From IMG/VR virus record IMGVR_UViG_3300044445_000018, positions 1-64,000 of that record: a stretch of DNA of 64,000 nt; one strand, given 5' to 3'. Source of the stretch: a virus. Shown here piece by piece: positions 1 through 7,557 of the stretch. The position numbers and the translations under genes were made by a program. Below the pieces are notes generated by a model. The model made no database searches, had not been told where the DNA came from, and saw only the letters and a program-made list of their open reading frames with translations. How positions within the stretch are numbered: the stretch's first letter is position 1; every line of letters starts with the position of its first letter.

Positions 1-23
1 TTCTTCTTGATGCTGACAGACAT
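1..23 (-). CDS. 5' end of a CDS that continues left of the window (MSVSIKK...)
   Basis: ATG at 23-21 (minus), 4 nt after GGAGCG. The N-terminus resembles the x-hydrophobic-x-hydrophobic-KK leaders seen in other genes here. Confidence 0.3.
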
Positions 24-58
24 AGTTCGCTCCTCGTGACGATAGGGGCGAACCTATA

Positions 59-94
59 CCAGGGACACTTCGGATGCTACCGTCATGTCCCTGG
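59..94 (-). other. Stem-loop between the polymerase stop and the next gene start
   Basis: CCAGGGACA (59-67) pairs with TGTCCCTGG (86-94). 9-bp stem, 18-nt loop, no clear U-run. Confidence 0.4.
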
Positions 95-116
95 TCGGAC
101 TTGAGCAAGAACCGCC

Positions 117-2513
117 TCAGGCAGCTTGCTTGATCTCCTTGAGATTGGCCATGTCGTAGCCAGCCTCGGCGTCAGCGGGGAAGTTCAGCACCGGGTCCCA
201 TCCCAGCTTGTGGAAGGGCAGGTTCATCATGATCTGCTGCGCCTGTCCCGCGCGCAGGGCCACCTGATCTTCGTCCACGTAGGCGATCATCGCGTCATGG
301 ACCATCCCGACGATGGCGATGTCGTCGTTGGCCCCGTAGTTGGCCTCGATCTCCGCGATGCTCCAGCACATCATGTCTGTCAGGGTGGACTGCACAGGCG
401 CGTTGATGGCCTGACGACGAGCGTCACTGCGGGCCTTCTGATCCCACGACTTGATGGCTGGCAGATGCCGGACACGGCCTAGCGGGGAGCGGACGTGCTC
501 GTACTTGCGCACGAAGTCTGTGATGGCGTCGTGGTAGCCGGGAAGGCCGGGGTAGAGGGCGAAGAACGCAGCGCGAATGTCCTCGGCCTCCTTAAGGGTC
601 AGCTTCAGGCCGTAGCCATTCCACGCGTATGCCTGGAAGCCTTCCGCCGACATGCCGTAGAGCAGACCGAAGTTGGCAGGCTTGGCACGGTCACGCATGA
701 GCTTGAAGAACCCGGAGACGTCGGGGTCCTCGCTGTCCTTCATCAGCAGGAACTCTTCGAGAGGCTTCCCGCACAACTGCGCCCCGGTCACGGCGTGGAG
801 ATCGAGCTTCTTCTCGTAGGCCGCGATCATCTGCTGTTCGTTGGCGATACACGCCACGACCCGCAACTCCCCTTGCGAGAAGTCGAGGTTGAGCATCTTC
901 TTGCCTTTGGGGGCGACGTAGCACTCTCGGATGCGCTTGGCCCACTTGGTCTTCTTGGGGATGATCTGGAACGCCGGGTTCTTGCAGGACAAGCGTCCGG
1001 TGGTGGTCCCGCTCTCAGTGTCGCCTGCCTCTTCGAAGTCGGAGTGCCCCAGGAAGTACGTCGGGTGGATCAGGCCGTCGGGACGGATATGTATTTGGAA
1101 GCCGTCCACGAAGGTTGAGCGCGTCTTGCTGGCCGTGTCCAGGGTGGTCAGAGCTTCCACCATCGCCTTAGCCTCGGGGACGTCCCCGAACTTGCGCAGA
1201 TGGGCCTTCGCCATGCTGGGCTCACCGGACTTGGCGGTGGTCTCCAAGGGCTTCAGGTCCAGGCCGCTCTTGCTGAAGAAGAAGTCCTTCAGGATCGACG
1301 GCAGCATGGGCGACTTGCCGGCTTGTAGCTGCTCGGTAATCCTGTCCCGGTACTTGATCTTCATCCGGGTCGGTAGAAGCTCGATACAGGTCTGCTCGCT
1401 GTTCTTGATCGCAGTCGAGAGGTCGTCCCGCAGGACCGCGAACTTCTGCTGGTCAATGTAGACCCCGCGACGCTCGACGCGCTCAAAGGCCCTGGCGGCG
1501 GGGTGGAGGATGGTCACGTAGAAGTCGGTCAGCTTGCCGTCTTCCGCGAGTTCGTTGCGCAATTGATTGCACACGCGTTGTGCGGCGTCGGTGTCACCCC
1601 CGGCATAGGTCAGGAAGTCGTCCCCTGGGGGGATCGTCTCCATCTTGCCCTTGTCATACTTGTCGTTGAACGCATCGTCGTAGCCGCCCATCTCGGTCTT
1701 GGTCTTGGCGAGATGGTTGAGGGAGTTGGAGCGGTTCTCGTCAAGAAGCGTGCCGGCCAACATCCCGTCGAACTTGAAGTTCGTGCATTCGATGTTCCAC
1801 TTCTTCCATATCCAGATCAGGTCGTACTTGAAGTTCTGACCCCGCGTCCTGACCATCGGCGAGTTGAGCAGCCAGTCGATTTGCGCGCCGACGTCTACCC
1901 CTGGTTCCTCGGGGACAGGGCTCTCGAACTTCGGGCCGCAGTAGAGCAGTTCCGCCATCCCGGCTTCGTCTGTGAAGCTGATCGAGACGATCTCCTTGTC
2001 GTCGTACCAGGGATAGAACCCCATCGTCTCGGTATCACACGACACGTCCTGAGGCTTGCCGGTCTCCGCGTATCGCTTCTTGATGCGCTCGATCATCGGC
2101 GCGTAGGACGCCACGTACTTGTAGGTGCCGATGGGAGGCTTGAGGCTGCCCGTCTTCAGGTAGCGGGCCGCGAGGCTGACGTCCCAGGTGATGGTCTGCT
2201 GCTCGTGGGGCTCGGAGGCCACCACATTGGGATCGAACGTCAACATGTAAAACCCGCCTTCGGGGGCGGGCAGTAGTTTCTCGCGGAGAGATGTGACGGT
2301 GCGGCCCTTCTGGGCTCGGCTGGCCTTCTGGAGTTCCGAGAGACATTTGCTCCCGCAGGCCAGGACGATCTCCCCGGCAGCGGGAACAGGGATTTCGCCA
2401 TCGACGTAGGCAACGAACTTGTGCTGGGGGGTCTCGGGGCGAAGGTCTTTGAGAGCGGCCCCGAGAGTACGGGTGATCGTCTGGGTATTGGCGGCAGTCC
2501 AGATAATGAGCAT
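117..2513 (-). CDS. polA: Family A (Pol I-type) DNA polymerase with 3'-5' exonuclease domain
   Basis: Exo I VSCDTETMG. Motif A DFSQGELRVVA, motif B RDRAKPANFGLLYGM, motif C MVHDAM. ATG at 2513, 6 nt after GGGAG; the track start at 2519 is TTG. Confidence 0.9.
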   Translation of the reverse strand: MLIIWTAANTQTITRTLGAALKDLRPETPQHKFVAYVDGEIPVPAAGEIVLACGSKCLSELQKASRAQKGRTVTSLREKLLPAPEGGFYMLTFDPNVVASEPHEQQTITWDVSLAARYLKTGSLKPPIGTYKYVASYAPMIERIKKRYAETGKPQDVSCDTETMGFYPWYDDKEIVSISFTDEAGMAELLYCGPKFESPVPEEPGVDVGAQIDWLLNSPMVRTRGQNFKYDLIWIWKKWNIECTNFKFDGMLAGTLLDENRSNSLNHLAKTKTEMGGYDDAFNDKYDKGKMETIPPGDDFLTYAGGDTDAAQRVCNQLRNELAEDGKLTDFYVTILHPAARAFERVERRGVYIDQQKFAVLRDDLSTAIKNSEQTCIELLPTRMKIKYRDRITEQLQAGKSPMLPSILKDFFFSKSGLDLKPLETTAKSGEPSMAKAHLRKFGDVPEAKAMVEALTTLDTASKTRSTFVDGFQIHIRPDGLIHPTYFLGHSDFEEAGDTESGTTTGRLSCKNPAFQIIPKKTKWAKRIRECYVAPKGKKMLNLDFSQGELRVVACIANEQQMIAAYEKKLDLHAVTGAQLCGKPLEEFLLMKDSEDPDVSGFFKLMRDRAKPANFGLLYGMSAEGFQAYAWNGYGLKLTLKEAEDIRAAFFALYPGLPGYHDAITDFVRKYEHVRSPLGRVRHLPAIKSWDQKARSDARRQAINAPVQSTLTDMMCWSIAEIEANYGANDDIAIVGMVHDAMIAYVDEDQVALRAGQAQQIMMNLPFHKLGWDPVLNFPADAEAGYDMANLKEIKQAA

Positions 2514-2526
2514 CAACAACTCCCGG

Positions 2527-2934
2527 TCAGGCCGGCACGACTGCCTCCTGCCACAGACGGTCTTTCTTCTTATGGAACAGCGCCACGGTCATGGGCTTTA
2601 GCGACGTCACAACGTCGGCAAGCGCAGGCGTTCCATCAAGGTTCTCGATGTGCTTGTGGAGGGGCTTAGCGCACTTCGCTTGGTCCAGCAAGATCAAGCT
2701 GGCGCGAATACGGCTGTCGAATCCTGCCAGCACTGCACAAGCAAGATTGCCCATCAGTGTTGCGATGACCATCACGCCGTCATCACTGATCATACTGGAC
2801 ACGACGTTGACAGTGACGGGCACTTCGATGCCCTCGATCTCGAAGGTGTGCGTCCGCATGCCGACGATGACGCCTTTGCTCACCATCAGTTCGGTCGCAA
2901 GCTGGTCGGCCAGGGTGTAGATGCTCGACTTCAT
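2527..2934 (-). CDS. hypothetical protein (135 aa)
   Basis: ATGA start/stop overlap with the upstream gene at 2931-2934. GC-rich third codon positions. Confidence 0.5.
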   Translation of the reverse strand: MKSSIYTLADQLATELMVSKGVIVGMRTHTFEIEGIEVPVTVNVVSSMISDDGVMVIATLMGNLACAVLAGFDSRIRASLILLDQAKCAKPLHKHIENLDGTPALADVVTSLKPMTVALFHKKKDRLWQEAVVPA

Positions 2935-3149
2935 GTCAGCTTCCAATCAATTTGCGGCTTGCTGTAGTCGGCGATCCACACGCCGAGGGTAACACCGAAC
3001 CACGTCGCGACGAACGTCACGTTCTTGTGCTCGGTGTTGTGGTTGCGGACCCGTAGCTGCAACGGCTTCGGGGACAGTCCTTTGAGGAGGCTGTCCATCT
3101 GAACAACGTCGCCTTCATCCAGGCTCTGCAAATCATCTTGCGTCAACAT
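2931..3149 (-). CDS. hypothetical protein (72 aa)
   Basis: ATG preceded by GGAGGG. Co-directional ORF. Confidence 0.5.
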   Translation of the reverse strand: MLTQDDLQSLDEGDVVQMDSLLKGLSPKPLQLRVRNHNTEHKNVTFVATWFGVTLGVWIADYSKPQIDWKLT

Positions 3150-3173
3150 GTGCCCTCCGTGGCCGTTACAGGA

Positions 3174-4079
3174 TTACTTGCCCTTGATCTTCTGAAGGTC
3201 GGGCAGGCCGCTGGTGATCTCGATCCCGAGACCCATGATCATGGCGCCCACGATCTTGCGAGCGACGTCGATGGTCGGCGCTTGGACATGCACAGACGCG
3301 TAACCCTTGCTGCCTTTGGGTTCGAGGCCGAGGGCGGCGAGGTTCTTGATGTGCTCCATGAACTTGGGGCCCTCGACGCGAATGGACAGGCTGGCGCCGT
3401 TGTAGCGAGCCGACATGCGGAGGTCGTCGCTGACGGCCACGACATAGTAGCGGCTGCCGCCTGACGTGCCCTGGGTGGGCTGGTAGAGCTTGGTGGCGTC
3501 GCGGAGCTTGATGGGCTCTGCGGTGGTCAGTTCCGACAGCGGGAACTCCCCAGCTTTGTCCACGGGCTGGCCGACAGAGACGGCGGCGGGGGAGGTCTTG
3601 ATGGTCTTGGCGGCGCCTGCCTTGAGCAGGGCGAGGGTGCCGTTCATGGTGGAAAAGTCCTCTGTTTCGATGATGAGCATGATGACTTGAACGACGTCGC
3701 TACAGACTTGCGTCTTCACAAGTTCGGAGGCGAGGCCGTTCTTGATATCTTGGATGGTCGCGTAGTTGATGGGGAGAGTGTGGATCGTGTAGCTCTCGCC
3801 GTCGAAGAACGTGGTCCCGCTGGTTGTGTGCGGGAAATACTCGAAGCGCAGACCCGAAGCCCCGGAGATGCACTTCACTTTCTTAGCGAGTAGTTGCTGG
3901 ATCAGGTCGGCAGGGACCCCGAGTTGCTTGAGCAGGCTGGGCTTCGGCTTATAGCCGGGTTTGGCGGCGGGTGCCTCACCCTTGATCTTGATGTTGACGG
4001 GCATTGGCTTGCTCTCGATTGGCTGGAAGAACGGGTGATTGTCGCTGTACGCGACACAGGTCTGTTCTGCCTTACCCAT
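3174..4079 (-). CDS. hypothetical protein (about 301 aa; start uncertain)
   Basis: The ORF is open to 4169 (TTG). ATG 4079 follows GGAGTGGAC, and GC3 rises only downstream of it. Alternative ATG at 4136. Confidence 0.5.
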   Translation of the reverse strand: MGKAEQTCVAYSDNHPFFQPIESKPMPVNIKIKGEAPAAKPGYKPKPSLLKQLGVPADLIQQLLAKKVKCISGASGLRFEYFPHTTSGTTFFDGESYTIHTLPINYATIQDIKNGLASELVKTQVCSDVVQVIMLIIETEDFSTMNGTLALLKAGAAKTIKTSPAAVSVGQPVDKAGEFPLSELTTAEPIKLRDATKLYQPTQGTSGGSRYYVVAVSDDLRMSARYNGASLSIRVEGPKFMEHIKNLAALGLEPKGSKGYASVHVQAPTIDVARKIVGAMIMGLGIEITSGLPDLQKIKGK

Positions 4080-4185
4080 GTCCACTCCGACGACTTTTGC
4101 GTCTTTAGGTATGGATTGGATGTTTGGTAAGGTCATGAACGTTTTTGACACTGTGACACCGTGGGTCAAGTGAAGTTAACTGCAC

Positions 4186-5010
4186 TCAGCGGGTCGGCCC
4201 GGCGAAGATGCTGCCTTCTGTCGTGAGCGGAGTGTAGACCTCGGGGCCCTTCGCGCGGGGCTTGCTGACTGGGCTGCTCTGGCGGTAACTGCCTTCCTTG
4301 GAGCCCGCGACCTTGGTGACGCCGAAGTGCTCGTGGAGGAAGTTGATCTGCCGGCTGCTCTCGACGGCCTTCTTGCAGTAGTTGGTGCGGACATACGTGA
4401 TGGCGTCAGGCTCCCCGAACTCGGACACGAGGGCTGCGAGGAAGGTGCCGGTGCGGCCATGACCGCCGATGCAGCCGCAGTGGACTTTGAGCCCCTTGTC
4501 CAGTTGCTCGCGGGTCCACTTGATCAGCTTCTTGAACTCGGCTGCGTCGCTGGGCGCGTCCATGTCGGTGATCTTGAACAGGAGTTCGGCACCCTTCTTC
4601 CAGGGCCAGTGCTTCTGTGTGAAGCGCATGCCGCTGTCGAAGCCGATGTACACGTCTGCGTCTTTCACGGACGGGGAGCAGCAGGAGCCGCCGAAAATCT
4701 GAAGGTCGCTGTTGGGGATCGCGAGCGCGGGGTGCGTCTCGTAACAGCGGAGGCTGGTAGTGCTGACCGACGACGACTTATGGCTACCCCACCGGCTGTC
4801 GCTGTCGAGGAAGTCACGGACGCTTGACCCGCCCTGGTTAGGACTGGTGCTGCCGAACTTCTTGGCCTCGGTCTCCTTGCTGAACAGGCGGTCGGTGAAG
4901 CCCTCGCTCACGTCCCCGCCGTAGGTGGCGGTCTTGGGGTAGCTCACGCTGCCACCGCGAATGGTGGCGCGGTCGCCGTGGATGGTGTCATTGAGATTTT
5001 TGCGAGCCAT
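4186..5010 (-). CDS. Cys-based (CX5R) dual-specificity/tyrosine phosphatase-fold protein
   Basis: P-loop HCGCIGGHGRTG, then YVRTNYCKKAVESSRQINFL (KAP/Cdc14-like arrangement). SD GGAGGG. Paralogue of 6203..6802. Confidence 0.65.
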   Translation of the reverse strand: MARKNLNDTIHGDRATIRGGSVSYPKTATYGGDVSEGFTDRLFSKETEAKKFGSTSPNQGGSSVRDFLDSDSRWGSHKSSSVSTTSLRCYETHPALAIPNSDLQIFGGSCCSPSVKDADVYIGFDSGMRFTQKHWPWKKGAELLFKITDMDAPSDAAEFKKLIKWTREQLDKGLKVHCGCIGGHGRTGTFLAALVSEFGEPDAITYVRTNYCKKAVESSRQINFLHEHFGVTKVAGSKEGSYRQSSPVSKPRAKGPEVYTPLTTEGSIFAGPTR

Positions 5011-5034
5011 GATAGTGCCCTCCGTGGCTGATGG

Positions 5035-6066
5035 TTACGCTGCGCGCAGGATTTTCTTGACGTGGAAGCCGGGGTAGATTTCGAGATGCGTCTTGGCGAA
5101 CTCTTCGGCTTCTGCCTTGGCTTTGGCCTCGGCAATGGCTTCTTGCTCGGCGGCCTTCTTTGCAGCGGCCTGGGCCGCGATAGCCGCTTGCTTCTCGGCT
5201 TCTGCCGCGTGCTCGGGGACGCCGTATTTCTCGGCCTGCATGAGCTTGTCGCTCGGGTACATCTTGACTGAGCCAAGTTGTTCGACGGTGTACCAGCACA
5301 CATGTCGCGGAAGATCGTACTTGTCGATCAGCCGTTTCATAAGCGATTCGAGTTGATCATCCACGAAGGGGTTGAGCTTCTTGTCGTAAATGACGGCTGT
5401 CGGGATTTGACCGGAACGCTGAATGTCGAGAAGACGGATCAGCTTGTCCCCGTTGTACATCCCGTACAGATGACCCTTGTTGAAGATCGGGCCGTTGTTG
5501 TGGGAGAGGGTCCAGATGGTGTCAAGCATCATCTCGGCACTGAATGTGCCGGTCACGAAGTTGACGAGGCAGTCGGTGACTTTGCCCCACGCCTTGCCGC
5601 CGTAGCCGCCGGGCCACGAGCAGTTGTAGAACATCCACTGCACGCACTTCGTCAGGTTGCCGATGGTCGTATTGGGTGGGGAGTTCTTCAGGTTCTCGTG
5701 GATGCCGTGCTCGCCCTTGCTGTTCTTCATGAAGTTCGCCATGGGAGCGCCAAACTTCGCCTTGATCTCATCGAACTTGTCGCTGAGGTTCTTGCAGTGG
5801 CGGGCCTCGCGAACGCAGATGATCAGCAGATAGTAGAAGGCGCGAGCAGACTTCTCGGTCATCTGTGCGTGGTAGTTCTTCACGAACTCCAGTTCCTCGG
5901 GAGGCAGGGGCTCCAGGGGATCGAAGTTCTGGGAGATCAGCGCCATGCCATGGTTCATGCCGTAGAACCACAGGGCCTCGTTCTCGGGGATCACGTTCTT
6001 GTTGGTCACGCTCTCCGTGTACAGGGCCATGCGGTGGACCACGTCAGCCGCTGGAATGGCCGACAT
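5035..6066 (-). CDS. hypothetical protein with C-terminal Ala/Glu/Lys-rich helix (343 aa)
   Basis: Long ORF. ATG 6066 (MSAIPAADV) chosen because the region upstream reads like off-frame Arg/Pro-rich sequence. No motif recognised. Confidence 0.5.
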   Translation of the reverse strand: MSAIPAADVVHRMALYTESVTNKNVIPENEALWFYGMNHGMALISQNFDPLEPLPPEELEFVKNYHAQMTEKSARAFYYLLIICVREARHCKNLSDKFDEIKAKFGAPMANFMKNSKGEHGIHENLKNSPPNTTIGNLTKCVQWMFYNCSWPGGYGGKAWGKVTDCLVNFVTGTFSAEMMLDTIWTLSHNNGPIFNKGHLYGMYNGDKLIRLLDIQRSGQIPTAVIYDKKLNPFVDDQLESLMKRLIDKYDLPRHVCWYTVEQLGSVKMYPSDKLMQAEKYGVPEHAAEAEKQAAIAAQAAAKKAAEQEAIAEAKAKAEAEEFAKTHLEIYPGFHVKKILRAA

Positions 6067-6171
6067 GTCCCGATGGGTGGTGAACACTCTGGATAGATGG
6101 TGCCGGAGAGTGTCTGTGGGGTCCGTAATGGGCACAGGAAGCCCCCTTTGGGGTTGAGGGGTGGAACGGTG

Positions 6172-6199
6172 AGTATGGCACAAAGGCCCCGTGGTGGAA
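6172..6199 (-). promoter_or_regulatory. possible sigma70-like promoter TTCCAC-16-CATACT
   Basis: Lies in the 136-nt gap upstream of 5035..6066. TGTGCCATACT resembles the early-promoter -10 regions. Confidence 0.35.
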
Positions 6200-6202
6200 G
6201 GT

Positions 6203-6802
6203 TTATTGCGGCTTGAAGTTCGTGTTGAACGAGCGGGCCACGTCGCCGAAGAACCGCCGGGTCTTGTGCCGCCACGCCCGCGCATGGATCAGGTGTGTGA
6301 TGGGCTTGATGTCGAAGTCGTTGACATAGGCCAACTGGTTCTCCGTCTCGACCGCATGGCTGTAGTAGTTCTTGCGGACGAACTGCACGGGGTCGGGGAT
6401 GCCCGCGCACTTGGCCATGATCGCGAGGAACAGGCCGGTGCGACCCATGCCACCCATACAGCCGACATACACGTCACGGCCGCCGAACGCCGCGTCGAAG
6501 GCGGTCAGCACAGCCGAGGCGACGAGGTCGTATTGCTCGGCGGTGGGGACTTGGAAGTCCACGATGGGAACGACGAGATCGGCGTGCTCCGGGACACGCT
6601 CCTGGCGGACACAGACGCCGAAGGTGTGAGGGTTGCCCTTGGGGTAGCCGTCGAAGGGACCCCCCGTGATGTGGACCTTCTGGTAAGCACCTGCGAAGCC
6701 GAATGACAGGGCGAGTACCCCGTTGGCGCGGGGGAAAGTGACCATCTCGGAGGCGATGTCACGCGAGCGGGGGGAACGAGCTTTGGCCATAGGTGCCCTC
6801 AT
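6203..6802 (-). CDS. Cys-based (CX5R) phosphatase-fold protein, paralogue of 4186..5010
   Basis: P-loop VGCMGGMGRTG, then FVRKNYYSHAVETENQLAYV. SD GAGGG. Confidence 0.65.
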   Translation of the reverse strand: MRAPMAKARSPRSRDIASEMVTFPRANGVLALSFGFAGAYQKVHITGGPFDGYPKGNPHTFGVCVRQERVPEHADLVVPIVDFQVPTAEQYDLVASAVLTAFDAAFGGRDVYVGCMGGMGRTGLFLAIMAKCAGIPDPVQFVRKNYYSHAVETENQLAYVNDFDIKPITHLIHARAWRHKTRRFFGDVARSFNTNFKPQ

Positions 6803-6820
6803 TGGCTGGGTGGAGAATGA

Positions 6821-6848
6821 ATTGTAGGGGATGGACCGGTCTTGTCCA
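6821..6848 (-). promoter_or_regulatory. sigma70-like promoter TGGACA-16-TACAAT
   Basis: Intergenic, upstream of 6203..6802. Confidence 0.5.
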
Positions 6849-6852
6849 ATGG

Positions 6853-7011
6853 CTACATCTGCTTCTGAAACACCGCGAGCAGGTTCAGCAGAGTGTTCTT
6901 CTGCTCGTTTCGGTCATGATCGAAGGGTAAGCTTTCGAGCACGTCGATCAGCGCCAGCACAGCGGCTTCGAGCAACAGATCGCGAGTTTCTTTGGGAACG
7001 TCGAACGGCAT
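6853..7011 (-). CDS. hypothetical small protein (52 aa)
   Basis: ATG 7011 preceded by GGGAGGG. The track start at 7047 lies inside the palindrome. Confidence 0.45.
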   Translation of the reverse strand: MPFDVPKETRDLLLEAAVLALIDVLESLPFDHDRNEQKNTLLNLLAVFQKQM

Positions 7012-7031
7012 TGCAGCGCCCTCCCTGGCTT

Positions 7032-7047
7032 GTGCAATTAATGTCAA
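7032..7047. promoter_or_regulatory. junction palindrome GTGCAATTAATGTCAA
   Basis: Contains the TGA stop of 7044..7244. 20 nt upstream of ATG 7011, with the SD in between. Confidence 0.85.
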
Positions 7048-7244
7048 ATCAGGTCGATGGACTTCACCTTGTTCCCATCGACCCGCAGGACGAACTCATC
7101 GAACCGCCGGTTGCCCAACGGATGCGTGAGATTGGCGGCCCGGCGTGCCATCCGTGCGAGACGGGCCGACACGTTGCCGCCGATCCCCAGGCGCTTGGCC
7201 TGGGTGATGGCTTGATCGGAGATGTCGAAGCCGTGGGCTTCCAT
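7044..7244 (-). CDS. hypothetical small protein (66 aa)
   Basis: TGATG overlap with the stop of 7244..7519. Confidence 0.45.
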   Translation of the reverse strand: MEAHGFDISDQAITQAKRLGIGGNVSARLARMARRAANLTHPLGNRRFDEFVLRVDGNKVKSIDLI

Positions 7245-7519
7245 CACACTTTCTCCCGCAGACACTCACCCCGCAGGATGCGGATGCTACGCGGAGCCGA
7301 CAGAGCGACACGGACAGTCGCGGACGGGGGCATGTCCCCGGCCGACACGAACACGTCGTCCATGATCTCGACAGCGTGTTCGTCGGTCACGGTGTGGAGC
7401 TTGCCGGTTCCGTCGTCGCGCAGGACGAACTCCATGTCGGCAACGATCTGTTGCACGACGAAACGGCGCTCACCCGCGACGAAGTCTTCGCCTTCACGCA
7501 GCGTCAATACCAGGGCCAT
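7244..7519 (-). CDS. CsrA/RsmA-like protein with an internal insertion of about 40 aa
   Basis: MALVLTLREGEDFVAGE resembles CsrA MLILTRRVGETLMIGD. TVRVALSAPRSIRILRGE resembles VRIGVNAPKEVSVHREE. ATG 7519 is 6 nt after GGAG. Confidence 0.4.
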   Translation of the reverse strand: MALVLTLREGEDFVAGERRFVVQQIVADMEFVLRDDGTGKLHTVTDEHAVEIMDDVFVSAGDMPPSATVRVALSAPRSIRILRGECLREKV

Positions 7520-7557
7520 GACAGTCTCCACACCGTTTCTTACTTCTATCTATCTGA

